A stretch of DNA of 64,000 bases, taken from Vermamoeba vermiformis (Eukaryota). A model generated the notes under the pieces. That model had not been told where the DNA came from. It did not search any database and saw nothing but the letters and a program-made list of their open reading frames with translations. Both the position numbers and the translations under genes were made by a program. The DNA is taken from assembly GCA_045837725.1 (NCBI GenBank), contig JBEWZL010000272.1:310001-374000 (forward strand), given 5' to 3'. Positions 1 through 14,494 of this stretch are shown here, piece by piece. Each line of letters opens with the position of its first letter. The stretch's first letter is position 1.

Positions 1-149
1 TATGCAATTAGAGCAAATTAGGATCTGCTGTAAATATTAAATTCCGCAATTTACGGAAAATTTTAGTTGCCGTCCTCTATAGCGGCCTATACGGAATTGC
101 AATATTTAGTACTCAATATAAATATTCTAATATTATTTATTTTTTTAGA

Positions 150-1901
150 ATGCCGCAAAGGCTAATTTTTTACATGACGATCTGCGTTGCACTTGGTTGC
201 ATTTCAAATTTGTTCTCTTTTACTACATACGATAAAGAAGAGGAATATCCAAGTAAGTATATATTTAGTTTGCTCATACGAACCATTTTCAAATAAAATC
301 TAGTTAAAGTTCAAAAGATCCGGATCTTCCGCGGATCGAACCAAAAATTTGCTTAGAAGTGAATAAAATTGCAAAAATTAATTATGAGTTAATATAATAC
401 GTATATTACCATATGATTACTATATTTCAAGAGTTCTAATCGCATTTTTTTCAGATCTTTGTTACGCGCAAGGATTTTTAGGCCAATTTTTTCTTCAAGC
501 CACATTTCTATGGATGGTCTTTATAGCCCTCAATTTATACCTCGTAGTTGTGCAGCAACGACGAAATTTAGCGGGTGTTGAACGGGCTTATCATATTGCT
601 ACGTGGTTTTTGGCTTCAATCGTAACAATTTTGCCAACGACGACCGGATCTTACGGACCAGGACCGATTTGGTACGCTACTAGTTACTATACTAGCACCA
701 ATGCACTATTACATCGCATTATAATATATTTTAAAGCAAATTGTCGCTAATAACTCCGATTTAAAATTTCGGATCCCGCGCCGAAAAATTGCAGCTAGTT
801 TGAGCCAAAATTATTATGTTATACAACTTAATCATCATTTAGAATTAGTAATATATATCGATCTTATAGAACCAGCTAATTGCTTGCTCTAAAGTTAATT
901 GTTTAAGTGTCCTATATTTACCGTAGTATTTATACTGATTATACGTGGCAGGTGTTGGATTGACGAAGAATCAGCAGGCAAAGTGTGGCGCATAGTAGTG
1001 TATATTCCTATTTACATCTACCTCGTCATCATCATCGTGCTTTACTGGAAAATTATTAGCTCTGTACGCGCATCGCTGAAGGTACTTTATTTCATACTTT
1101 TATATATGCACTCGTAATATATATTATTATAACGTTATTTATGGCCAAATATTCGTTCTTGACGAAAGCAGATCCGTTACAAATTTCTTAAAAAGGAAAT
1201 TTCGAATTTTTTTCGATCTTTTGAAGAGATAGTGCTCGCAAAAAGAGTATTATATATATATAATAGCATCGCCATTAATAGGAGTACTAATTAAACTCTC
1301 TTTTTACTCAGAATCGTAAAGACAACCTTGATGAAGGAGAATTGAAAAGAGCTTCGAATATGTTAGCGCGATTACAGGCCTATCCGCTCATTATTGTCGT
1401 ATTGTATATTTTTCCGACGATTAATCGCATGAATTCTTGGTTTGGCGGCAGTGCTGTAAGTACTCTAAATAACTGAAAAACACTCCGGATCTAAAATTTC
1501 CTACTGCTTCATGTCGCTAGAAAATTCGTAGAATTAATAAGGATCCTTATTATTATTAAAGTATATGATTTTACAGCGATTTTAATCAAATTTTAATTCG
1601 ATGGATCTCGATTGAAAAGATCCGTTCTTAGAGGATGAGCTAATAAATACTAATTACTTTTTTTATCTCATAGTACTTTAGTCTGTACATATTGCACGTA
1701 GTCACTGCACCCATGCTCGGATTCGTGAATTCATTGGCCTACGGCTTCGATCAAGAAATGCGCACCAAGTACCAAGTTTGTTGGAAGAAAAATTGTTTGA
1801 AACAACAAGTCGAGGAGGAAGAAGAACATGGCATATCTGACCTTGAGACTGTCAATACGAAAGAAGGTGATAGTATTGACTCGGTGCAAACTGACTTTTG
1901 A
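150..1901 (+). CDS. cAMP-receptor-like (cAR/Crl/GCR1 family) 7TM GPCR; probably 5'-truncated by the window edge
   Basis: Spliced exons give PQRLIFYM..., LCYAQGFLGQFF..ATFLW...IALNLY, YGPGPIW|CWI, RLQAYPLIIVVLYIFPTINR and GFVNSLAYG, all typical of this family. An acceptor AG lies just before 150. Confidence 0.85.
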
Positions 1902-2188
1902 AAGGGCGAGCAGATCTGACCTGATCGGAACGATAAAATTTATTTATGTGAATAATAAAATTCAATTACAAAACCGCGTGTAATTACAATAATACGAAAC
2001 AATACACTATATAGCTGAATTTATCTTATATGACAAGTTGCAACAGAATTAAATGATTTGATCCGTTCGTTTTTTTTTGCTAATCCGTCAGAGATGAACA
2101 CAACACATAATTTGAACGAAAAAATTGAAAAATATTAAAATTAGAATATACACAAAAGGAGAATAGAAGCATAACGAAAGTCAATGCA

Positions 2189-4386
2189 ATGGAATCATTA
2201 CCAAGGGAGTTACTGGCTGAGATCACGAAACTCCTTCCTTTAAATAGTGCAGCACGGTGAGTTAATAATATAGAATTATTTATAAATTATAATTATGAAT
2301 AAATTAAACGAAACCATGAACTACGGACTTCACTTCGGGAATGTGAAAAAATAATTAATATTAAATCGTATTTATAACGAATCAGATTTGCTTGGAATAC
2401 TTTTTTTCTTATTATTAATAATATTTATAATTTTTTCTTAATTATTTCGCAGGCTGGCTCAAACGTGCAAGTCATTCAATACATTGATCTGGACGTTGAT
2501 TACAATACTCGACACGAAAGACACAAAAAGCATCAACGAAAGCACAACATTAGATAAATTCAAGAATATAGAGGCATTACGTTTCGACTTGTTTTCTAGC
2601 GTGGTGGTGCCGCAAGATCTGAGCAGATTAACAACCTTGCAAATATTACAAATCACTTTCCACGGCACAGATGCATCTGATCCAGAAGCGATTTTTATGC
2701 TGCAAAAATTGACGAATTTACGAGAATTAACGATCAAGTACAAAGACGGATTCAATTTTGATCAGTTTGACGATCTGTTGTTGGCGAATCATTCGCGGTT
2801 AACTTTCTTTGAAATACGGGCCGATAATGTTTCGCGGTTAAGTACGTACTACCAGGTAGTAATATTATTAACTGGTTCAAATTCCTGCGGATCCATTTTT
2901 TTTGTTTCCGACCGAAAAGAAAATCTCGACCTCGCTGCTGCTACACACCAAAATCACGTGGAACCTTCTATATATGGAATATCGGATGCCAGGGTACGCA
3001 TCAATTGATTCCAGAATAGGGATGGGAAGTTGTCTGAGGTTTCACTTTGTTCGTACGAAAAATCGGATCCGTAGGAAGTTGAAACCGGTTAATAATACAT
3101 TACTTATAGAAATAGAGTCTAGATACAAATAAACTAATTTTAATTTTAGATCCGTTTACTTGGAAATTTATGACGAGATTGCGTTGGCTACGTGTGGACG
3201 AAGTAAACTACGCCGGTTCAATACCTAAATTCTCCGCTGATTTAATCCAAAATTTGTGGACTTTAACGCAATTACGAGGATTATCACTTAGCATGCTTAG
3301 TTTGGAACAAAATATTATGGCTACAGGATTATCGAAGTTAATTCATTTAGAAGAATTAGAAATATATGATTGCAAGTCACAAGATGTTGCAAATAGTAAT
3401 TGGTTCGTGGATTACAACGAGTTATTGGATCTGAAAAATTTGACGAGGTTGTCGATTATGGAAGTGGATCTGAACGCAAAATTAACGAATATTCTTTCAA
3501 AAATGACACAATTAGAGCAATTGGATCTATTTGAAATGGAAAATGTATACGAATTAAGTCCCTATTCAAATCTAACAAATTTGAAGCGGATCTGGTTCGG
3601 TCTTGACATTGTACCGGAAGATCCCGGCTTAGAATTCTCGCAAATGCCTAATTTGGAAGTCGTGTCAATTCCATGGTGTCCAAATGTCACGCAATTGGTC
3701 CGTTTGAAGAAACTACGAGAATTATTTTTACGAAAAGGATCCGGAGTACTTCTTGATTTCTTGAATGACTGCGTGACAGTACAAGAATTGACATTATCAT
3801 CGGAGTTATTGCCCGAAAATGGCTATATAGATCTGCAAAGAATGACGAATCTGAGGTACTTCGAGTTATATTTGAACGCAAGCACTGCAAAAAAAATCGA
3901 TGCCCTTAAAGGTAAGCCTAACATATATAATATCAATTTAATAATATTATTATACAACATCATATAGTACTCTATTAAACAAGCTTATTATTCTTAAAGC
4001 TGAACTTCGATCCGAATCCGGATTCGTTCAAAATTTTTCAAGTCTGAGCGAGACCAGATCTAACTAAAATATTTTTTAAATTACACTATTGATGATTGTT
4101 ATATATTTCTTTTAATTCTAGAAATCAGCTCAAACGTTCTAACAAATTTATTTTCATAGAGCTCGTACGAAGCCTATCCGTCTTGCCGTCGCTCTCTATT
4201 TTAAAATTCGACCAAAATTTTAACGACGAATTGCTGCCAGTTATAGCTACGTCATTAAAGCAACTACAAATACTAAGGCTGCCCAATTCAAATCGGTATA
4301 TTTTCAAACAGTTTCCTGGCTACGACGAAAAGCCTTCGTTGTCAGTCGAAAAATATAGATTTACTATTGAATTTAATTCGTATTAA
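2189..4386 (+). CDS. F-box + leucine-rich repeat protein
   Basis: Exon 1 MESLPRELLAEITKLLP..AAR|LAQTCKSF is F-box-like, followed by repeated LxxLxxLxL motifs in ORFs 2484-3008, 3170-3967 and 4096-4386. The exon phase near 2840-2995 is unresolved. Confidence 0.8.
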
Positions 4387-4668
4387 TATGGATAATAATA
4401 AAACATGTACGCAAAACTCGCCAAGGTACTGCGATTAAACAAACAGCGTTGAATCAAATTCCCGTATTAAACTTAATTAACTAAGTACGTCACTTGCCAA
4501 TTAGGCTCGTGGTCAGCCGTGCAAATTTGTTGCAATCAAAGCAGCCGCTGTAACAAAAGAACGAGAACGTTGCTGTCAATCGAGTTGATGTTGTACGAGA
4601 CCAAGTGTCACTTATAATCTCGGTAATTTATTAAATTCGCCCTCGACGCAAGAACACAACAATCAGCG

Positions 4669-6298
4669 ATGTCTGTTGCTAACATTAACTCAGCATTCGT
4701 TGTTGGCAATGTACTAGCTAATCAATTCATCGGTGGAGGATCGCAACAGCCAGATTTGAAACTAGATTTGAAACAGTTTGCTGCTTACACGACGGATGGA
4801 CTGAAATTCGACTTCAAAAAATATAGGAATGAATCTTGTACTGGCACCAGTATAATTACGGATAAATGCTGGAATTTATCGCGTATTGAAACCGAGCCAG
4901 TTCCAGATGCTTATTTCGAAGTCACTTTTACGGAATTCAATCCTTATTACAATAACGACCGAGTGGGAATTGGTATTGGCAATCAAATATTTACTAGCGA
5001 TAATTTATTGGGTCGTCAACAAAACAGCTTTGGATATTTTAATAACGGAACGGTAATTAATTTAAATATTTTAATTCGTTCTGCATTATTAATATACGAT
5101 TATACTTAGGTCCAACATAAATCCAATTATTACAGCGGATTATTTCCTAAATTTAATGGTAGGTAACTTTCCAACGACAAAATCAAATCTGGAATTCTCG
5201 TTTTTTTAACGGTTACTTTTTTTGCAATAGAAAACGATACTATTGGTGTTGGAGTGTTATATGATAGCTTTAACTCGCGTCGATTGTACTTTACGAAGAA
5301 CGGCCAGTACTTAGGTAAGTTAAGGCCAAATCCAGCAGATTCAGATTTGGCCAACCAATGCTCGTAAATCATCCCATTTAATTAACAGAATATTTACTAG
5401 ACATATTTAATAATAACGCTAATATTATTCGTTCTAAAGGCGTTGCGCCTATCGAGATCCACGTTGGTCAGGATTGTTTCCCTGGCGTGACCTTTGTGAA
5501 CGACGCTTATGCTAGATTTTCAGTTAATTTTACTGGTCCGTTCAAATTCGATGCAAAGACACTGCCTAATCATCGATACGACAAAACAAATAGAATTTCA
5601 AGTTTGCCCGACGAGATCTTGTTCGATTGCATTAACAAGGCTACCGATAATTTTATTATCGCTTGCAATCTGCGCATGGTGAATAAGAAGTTGAATGAAA
5701 TGGCCAAAGATAACCGTATTTGGAAACGATTGTTTTTGGCGAGGTTCCCTTGGCAGAATCCGGATTTGAAACTTCGTTCGTGGATGAAATTATTCGAAAG
5801 AAGACAGCGGATAATTGGAAAACCAAATCCACAAGAAGTATTTAGTCAGCAGTTCATTGGTAAGCAGATCCTGAAATTAGATCCGATTTCGTTTTTTAAT
5901 TTTATTTCTTATTCCAGAGAATTGTGAGTTTGAATTTGAATGTCCTATTAGTTGGAAAGCGATGAACGATGACGGCGATGAAGAAGCCACTGAGCGACAT
6001 TGCAACAAGTGCAATAAGACCGTTTATGCTGGTACGTAAATTCGATCCGGATTCAAATCTGAAAAACTACCTTGATTAACTTAAAACCAAATCTTATTGT
6101 GCTTCCCTTATATTACAACATAAGTATATCAAGATAAGTTGATTAATCCCTTTTCTTTGCCTGATAGTTCAAACGGTTGACCAGCTGCACCAATTCACGC
6201 AAATGGGTCGTTGTGTGAGCCTTGTGAACAAAGAGAAGAAGTCTGTCATACGAGGCAAATTTAGTAATACTAGAGTTCGAAGAGAACCCAAACAATAA
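4669..6298 (+). CDS. SPRY domain + F-box + C-terminal Cys-rich domain protein
   Basis: SPRY motifs (AYFEVT, VGIGI, LLGRQQNSFGYFNNG, NDTIGVG, LYFTKNGQYLG, VNFTGPFKFD), F-box ISSLPDEILFDCI...MVNKKLNEMAKDNRIWK, and a CP.SW...HCNKC...GRCV tail. Confidence 0.85.
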
Positions 6299-6536
6299 TA
6301 GCACGATTGTTATACCCCTCCTGAGTGCACAATGTACCTATTTGCGATTAATGCACTTAAAAATAAAATAATTGAAGCCTTGTAGTAATTAGTTACTCAT
6401 ATTTTGATCTTTTACAATCGTGACTAGTAATGTTTAATATTTTCAATTCCTTTATTTACACTTCTGGCTGACCAATAGCGTGTTGACCCTTGTGAGATCG
6501 GTACTACAACTGTACTAATCTCTCAGCCCAGATTCT

Positions 6537-9513
6537 TCACATCGGTGCGTTGTTGATATTACCTCGATTAGTATTGTTGGCCTTGGTATTCTTCACTTGC
6601 TTTTCTTTAGTCTCGCAAGGCTTGTGCTTATTGGACGGAAGCAAGTATCTGGGCTTGATCGTGTCATATTTGTTGGAAGGTGCAGGTGTAGTTATTTTGA
6701 CAGGAGCTTGTTTTGACTTGACAGGTGTCAATTTCGGCTTTACAGTTGTTGGACCTGATCCAGCGACCGTATTGCGCACCACTGGCGTTTTCAAGGCAAG
6801 CACATTAGTTGGTTGAGCCTCGTCTTTGTGGCTCTCTTCTTTTGCAATCGTTTTGTCAGGTGAAAACTTGTTGGGTGAGCCACTTCCTTGAGATACAATC
6901 GGACTCACATTTGCATCGTCAAGCGCCAGATCGGAACTAGGGTGACGAGTAAGTTTGACACCACTCGTATCAACAACGAAATTTGTGTAGTAGTGAAAGA
7001 TGCGAGTGACCTCGTCCAGCACTGCCTGGGGATCGTTAGAGTCTAAAATTTTGCGTCAATAAATGTACGTAAATGAAGATTATTCTGTACCTCGACACTG
7101 AAGGAACTGTGCGACAGGGTTGTCGTATACACTTAGTACTGATTGTTCCGTCAGCCATAGTATATTGCAAGTCATATTCATCAGGTACTTACAACTACTG
7201 CTAACTGCAGCAGGCTTGAAAGGTTTCAGATGCGAGTACAACTCACGTCCAAGCAACTGAATTAGACCGGGCTGCCGCAACACGATGAGTTCGACGTCTT
7301 CTGGAATTGAAGGAAAAGACCTGTGTGTACACCTGATATAGCTGTCGTGGATCTCATCGCATGTCTTATCCTTTAACAATGTTTTGACAGCCTTGTCGTG
7401 GCTCATAGCAGCATACACAAAAGTCAGCTTGTACTCAATAGGTGAGTTCCAATCAGCGATGAATTTTTTGTCGTAGGCCAACTGTCGTACGCCGCGAGAC
7501 TAGTGAAGCATTAGTGTCTAATGGTACAAGTAGTTTATCTTACCCTTAATTTGACCTTGACTTGCGGGCACTTAGCCAATTCGTCCAGTACTTTACTTAG
7601 AGGCAAGTCTTGGGCACCATATTTCACTTGGAAACATAAGAGATTTCGATCCAATCGCGCGACGTCATCAACGACAACCTTCTCTTCTAGGATGATGTAG
7701 GCATCAGGACTGGCCGATGATTCTCTTGGCTGGATTACAATGTCAATTGGAGCACTTGCCAAGTAAAAAGACCAATCTTCTGGATGGATCTGAACGGCCG
7801 AGCTGAATTTGGACGGGTGCCGTTTGCCCGATGACACTTTCGCTGCTGAAGTGACTTTGGGACCAATTAAAATCGAATATACTTGGTGTACTTTGTCGGC
7901 CACAAACGAAGTTGCCAAAAAAGGAAATTTTTTCTTGTAAGGTTGATGTGGTAGAAGTCTATCGACTATCTGCAAGTTTTGTACGACAGCATTCTCCATC
8001 ACTTGCCAAGCAGCACCAGGAGCATGCATTATTTCTTCAATCTTGTCATTCAGAGAGCAGTACAGGTCCTTCAACTTCTCGCATAGTATTAGCACTGATC
8101 CTGCTACAGAAGCGTTGCTGTTGGCCAAACCGCTGCAGTTTAGCACGTCAACAGAACGCGTGCTAAACGTGAATCCGCATGCACTAGCCAAGTCTAGCAT
8201 AGATAGTCCAGTTTTGAGTTCTCGCCAGTGCGGATCAACGGGCTGGTTCATCATCATTAAGATAAATAGTCGCCCAAATATCTTGCTTTCTCTAATCCAT
8301 AAGTATTCATGATGCCCCTCTGCCTTTTCCCACTTGTCGAGGAACACTGGAATTCCCCCAGTCGCGTTGAGTATAGAGCGATGCATGGAAGACTCTTGAA
8401 AGTAGTGTCCCTCTCTTGAATGCTGTTAGTGCTGATCACTTTATTATCATATTTGAATTTTTTTCAAACGTACCGTTCCAAGTCGTGCTGAGTGACGAGA
8501 AATGTCAGCGGCTTGTCGAAGCCAGGTAACAAGCCATTAAAGCGCATATTTTTGCTGAGCTTTACCATCAGATTTACATCGCCGAGCACCAAAGCAACTG
8601 CATTCTTGAATTGCGAAAAGTGATTGGAAATGTTGCGGCACTGTTTGTGATCCGGGCGCCATACCACGTACACGCAAAGATAGTCTTCAGCTGAATCAAT
8701 AGCTGTTGGATCTAGTACTTGCCAATGAATAAGACCAGTCTCGTCGTTCAATTCGCGATCCCAGGGGCACTTGAACATGTACCGGATGTAGTCCAGCGTA
8801 ACTCCTGGCTGGTACGAGACCAGTACGCGGGGCTTATCAGTACTCGTAAGGACTTGGAGGATACGCGAATATGCTCTTCGTGTAACATCTCCCGCATTCG
8901 CTAGCTGATGGAATACTGCGTAATCAGGATTAATATAATTGTCGATGCCGATATTTGGATTCAGAGAATAATAATAATGTTCATGAAGTACTTACATTCG
9001 TTGCTCAGGCTTTTTTCTTGCGGATCCAAATTGAAAGTCACGTTCTTTCTCCTTTTGACAACGGAAGGGTTGATGAGGTTTATTGGAGGAGATTTCTTCA
9101 AGCAAGATCTGATTTGTGGTGTTAGACAAACGGGAACAACGTAATGCGTAGCCAGTACGCGAACTGACAAACTTAATGGTTCTATCTCCGGTCGAGATTT
9201 AACCTGAGATTCGCAATTATCTGGCCTCCTATGCTCAACTAGAGTCAAATAACATACCGAAGCGGCTTCTTTGCACCTACATTGCCGATCAGTTTTTCTT
9301 TGTTCTAAAAATTCATTAATAATTCAAATGCATTAGAATATGTATATACGTAATATAAAAATAATATAACGAGGAATATAGCCGAAAATAAAATTATGAT
9401 AGGCCGTTTTACATCGCGATCCAAGAATCTTAAAATACTGCTAACTTCACTGCTGTGGTATACACGTTCAAATAAAATATACAATTAATACTTACATTGA
9501 TTGCAAGGTTCAT
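6537..9513 (-). CDS. Crinkler/RHS-like protein with a PD-(D/E)xK-type (QxK variant) nuclease domain; possibly disrupted
   Basis: PRESSASPDAYII...LLCFQVKYG...VLDELAKC in ORF 7535-8386 and NATGGIP upstream. The start codon is uncertain, and the strong donor near 8472 is out of phase with the next exon. Confidence 0.55.
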
Positions 9514-10142
9514 GCCGTTTGCAAAGAACTGAAAGGAGTCGATCACTTCCTTTTCATTCCCGAAGCGTGCCAGAAGTATTCAATTGACCTTCAGTTTCAA
9601 ACTTGCCACCGCGGGTAAGTTGCATACTATGCTTGCGGTGTTTATAAGTAAATCAGCAAGCGGAAGAAAAAATTAATTGTGCAAAAGAGTTTGAAAATGC
9701 CGCGAACAGCAAATCGCAATTAATTGCGACTAAATCGAAGGAAATAGTCCTATTTATTTACTATCACTAGGATGCATGATATTAAAATTAACATTGTATC
9801 TAGATCCAAAGAGTTTGGGATTGGAAGGGAATTTTATTTCGCACGGGTTAAAACAAGGGCAGTTGGTTGTTGATTTAGTGAGTGGTATTCGAATATTTAA
9901 AAGATTGATTAGTATTTAAAAAAGTTGAAAGTTTGGATTATTTTTTGGCATTGGATGTGTGGTTGGGTTATTTTCGTTGCTTAAAATATTGCTATATATA
10001 ATATTCGTCTATTATATATTATATATCAATTCGATAGTCGATTCATTCTTCCAGTTGCATGCAAGCCCACGTCAAACTCGAAAAAAATCGCAGCCCTTAC
10101 ACGCAGCTGAATGAAAAATCAACTGCTGTGCAGGTGCTATTT

Positions 10143-13100
10143 TTAGGCGTTGTTGGTGACAGCAGTGGCTTCCGAAGAATTAACTTCAGGAGCGGCAGTG
10201 CTGGTAGTGGCAGTCTCGACGGGCTTGTTAGCAGCAGGGGTGGCAGCGGCTTGCTTGGGCTGAGCAGCAGCGGGCTTCGTGTTGGCCACAGCGTTGGTGT
10301 TGCTGGGCTTAGGCGCGTTAGTCTTAGCAGTCTTCTTGGGTCTCTTGAACTGGTTAGGATCAGATTGTTTGCGCGGCTTAGTCTCTTGCTGCTGTTGTTG
10401 TTTCTGTTGTTGTTGCTTGGCTTGTTGGGCAGCATGGGCCTGTTGCTCCGCGCTCTCTTTTTGCACGCGTTGAGGAGCAGGTTGCGGGCTGTTGTTCGAA
10501 GGACGAGCGATATCAGCGTAGCTCATCGTCGCGCTGGTAGTCTTGGGCTTAACTTCGGCGTGGTGGTTTTCAACGGGCGCGTGTTGTTCAGTGTTGTGGC
10601 TGTGGTTCTCTTTCTCGTTAGGCTTAACAGCGTTGGTGGCAGCAACGGGTTGCTTAGCGGCAGCAGGTTGAGGCTTGTTAGTGATTGATTTGCTGCGGTT
10701 GCGGTGTTCTTGGGCATAAGGATTGTCACCAGGACCAACGCTCATTTTTCGGCTGTTGGCGCGACTTCGTTGTTTTCGCTTGGCTTCCTTGTTCTTAGGC
10801 TCCAAAACCTCTAGCCGAAGGCTGCAACAATCGTTAGTACATTGCCCTAATAAAGTTTCCGGGTTACGTAGAATTTTCAAACCGACATCTTGGTTCACCA
10901 ATACTTTGCACAAATTTTGTAACGGTTCGTAATTCCGGCTTGTGCGTATTAATGATACTTACTCGACGTTGACGGGCTTGTTAATATCAAGCTCAGTGTT
11001 GGCAGTTTCACGGATAGCAGGGCAGTCAGACAGGTGGGCATTAAATTCGGGCTTCTCAGTGGTAGTCAAACCAGTGACGACAGCAAGAATTTGCTCCTTT
11101 GTCCATTGTTGCACTAATATAACGACGTTAACCACAGTATTTACTTTCGATGCTAAGCTTTGCAAGTATTTACCTTCTTTACCGTTGGACTTCTTCGCTG
11201 AGGTAGGAAGAGGAGGGAAATGTGAGGGACCCAATGGGGGTGTGCCTATAATTAGATATCGTTAGTTACTCATTTACACCGTAATAATACGTTGATTAAA
11301 ATGGGACATTAGAGAGCAGATCCGACTAATTCTTAGCAATTCTTAATTTCGAATTCATAATATTTCAGAAGCATTATTAACCTTCTTAATGCTATAATAT
11401 GATAGTATAATATGATTAGCACGTACTTGAGCCAGCAGGCTTCTTTGGTCGCGAAGCATTGCTGTTGCTTCGGGTCGGTCGCTTAGTGGGGGCAGCAGTA
11501 GCAACAGGGGCTGTAGTAGTGGCAGCAGCATCTTAAAATAAACGAGTTAAGACTGTTTCTTATTCATTATAATGTATTTACCTCTGGCGGGACGAGTTCC
11601 AGTGTGACCACCACGTCCTGGATTTGCTCCAGCGTATCTTGTATTTTTGTAGTTGGGGTTGTAATTGTTGCTGAATATTATGTTAGTTAATACGAATACT
11701 CGTAGCATCATTAAGATTTCTATTCCTCCGGCGACCACCCCGAATTTACGAATCCGATCGCGTAGCAAAAATTTTCTAGAAAATGAAGTTCTGGATGTAT
11801 AATTACCCTTTGTAATTGCTGTTAGGTGGTCGTTGAGTATTGTTAGTGTTGTTCCACCAGCCGTTAGTGGCTCCATTTTGTTGGCCAGCAGTGCCTCTGT
11901 TAGCAACAAATCCACCGTTCTGCTGTGATTGTTGGGCTTGGTATGTTTGAGGAGGGGGTTGGTAATACCTTATATATAATAAATCATTAGACGATATCGA
12001 AACGGCGTAAAATCTTTGAGCAAGCTTAAAGCAGATCGCGTTTCAACAAAGAAACAACTGTTGCGGTCCGCGACGCTGAATTTCATTTGCATCATGCTAG
12101 TAATTAAACTTATAACTTTGTGAATAAAAATGAAGCGGTTCGATTGGCATAATTATAGAAGGCTAAAAGATCCAGATCGAATTACCGCCCAAAATTTTAA
12201 AAAATATTCAAAAATAACAGAAAAATATATAAATGTAGTATTTGTGTATATAACGATACTTACACGCTCTTCAAAAGATTTTCAGATTTAACGCGTGCCT
12301 GTACAGGTTTGCCTTGGAATTGTTTGCTTCTTGACAACAAAAACGCATCTGTAGTGGAGTCTTCATCAGCAAAAGTGATAAACCAAGTGTTTCCGACGTC
12401 GCTGTGAATGGAAGTAATCTTATCCTTCAAATTATCGAAAATGTTCTTGAGATCCTGCGTGTTATGGAGCAAGTTAGATCAGATCCAAGCCGTTGTTATA
12501 AAATCAAATTCTAATGCTTGTAGCTCGATCGATGCATTATAGTAAGCTTTATGATACCGATGCACAAAGATTTGAGTGAATTATTTAAATTTTCTGACAG
12601 AGATCTCGCCACAAAAATGCAGATCGACAAAAATCTGTTCGTTAAAGAAGTCTAAACAGCGTAATTTTTTGTCTTATAATTTAAAATATCCTTTCGGTAA
12701 TTTGAAAACGATAAATAATCACTTCGATGATGGGGAAGGGTCTTGATCGGCAGAAAATAATTTAATGTATGCGTATCGAATCTTACCTCTTGAGGGGTGT
12801 CAGGAGCAACGTCTCTAATAATGATGGTGTTTCTTTGTAATTTAAAGCTCGGTTTAACAGTGTTGGCAGCTTCATCCAGAATCACTTTGGTAGTTTGTCG
12901 CATCGCGGTTAAAAGGTGAGATGCATCTTGTGTCAGCTTACTAATACGTGGTGATTCTAATACTACGGGGATAGCTACACACATATCACCGTTCATTTTA
13001 GAAACAATATTGTAGTCCGACATCAGATTCTCTCGTGAGAAAATAATCTCTACTTGTTGCACGAGTGCTTTAATGAGCTCTTCTCCTTCTATTGTATCGT

Positions 13101-13381
13101 CCATATTAGACATTATTTTAAGGTTATCGTAATTATAGAAAAATATGAGATCCAAATTATTTTACCTAACGGGGCTGCCTTGGATTCTGGATTCGTTTCA
13201 TTGTTGACTTGAGTGTTATCTACATTTTTAACAGCATATTTTAATATTTTGGTAATCAAAAGAACTAATTAAACGTACCCGCAACGGTTTGTGCTGCATT
13301 CAGATTCGCATCTTTTTTATCGGTGGTAGGAGCTGTGGTTTGTTGGGTCACAACTTGAGTTGCGTTTTGTTGATCGCTCAT
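10143..13381 (-). CDS. La-related RNA-binding protein (LARP4-like): La motif, RRM and long low-complexity tail
   Basis: La motif LVQQVEIIFSRENLMSD..IVSKM, RRM RNTIIIRD...NTWFITFADEDS...FQGKPVQARVKSE, and HFPPLP motif. There is a 5'UTR intron just upstream of the ATG. Confidence 0.85.
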
Positions 13382-14494
13382 CTATACAAATAAAATATTA
13401 ATATAATACTGCGAATCGAAATAGTGGAACAAAATGGATTCGATCGCAAGGGATGTGTAATAATAGAACCAGAAAAATGTATATCGATAGGGAAACGGTA
13501 CCTATCGATATGATTTATCGGTTCATGATGCTTACCTTGTTTTACGATATTATTACAATTTATAGTCGTCGACTGCCGATTTGGTAATCTGTTATCTGCT
13601 TGGACTGGTCGTGAAACACCAATCGTATTTACAAAAACAAATGATGAGGGAAAAAAAGCGTCCTTAGTACTGAGAAGAACTCTCTCGGTATTAGCCTTTC
13701 TTCACGCAGTGAAAACAAACAAAGCAAAGAGAAGCGCGAATCGAATTTTTCACGCAAAAAAAACCGGCCAAAAAATTCAGGCCAAAATCACCCTGAACTT
13801 CCGTGGATCGGATAATTAGAGCAAATTCCATCGATTAAGCAGACAAGTACTCCTTAATAGTATTCAAACTCAACACGATGCCTTCATTCGAAAGTCAGGT
13901 CGGATCCACTACTTACTATTTTGTTGCTACCTTGGTTATTTTACACTTGGCAGCTCTCGTATCCTTATCTTACATATTTTATACGAATTTTGCACGAGAA
14001 ATTAATCGATAGAATAGCACACTAGCCTCAATCTAGTGCTGTCTATCAAAAATGCTAGAAAAATATTACGAAAAAGTTTCCTTCATTATTACTCGTATAT
14101 TAATTATGCCACATTAATTTGATGATAAATATGGTTGTTATTCCTTAATTCCAGCGCTAGGGTTATTACGTTTACAGACTCGCAACAGATCGAACTCCAG
14201 GCTCTGGTGGTGTAGCAACAATTGACACGAGAAAGGATAAATGACACTGTAGATAATAAATGTTTGTTTCATAGCAGATCTTGTCAAGGTAGCGAAGCCT
14301 TTCCAAGCCGATCAACTTGTCCGAAATTATCCGCAAGGTACAGTTGCTATTTTATGCTCTTGCTCGATAAAGAAATTCTTGTGGTGCTGTAATTGATCGA
14401 ATACCAAGAAATGTCACAGTTCCCGCCCAATTCAAAAATCATTATTCCATTTGAAACGGCTAGGCAACTTGAATCCAGCAGATGAGGCGATAAA

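Noticed and set aside
10059-10688. 209-aa plus-strand ORF
   Set aside because: Antisense shadow of the low-complexity LARP C-terminal exon.
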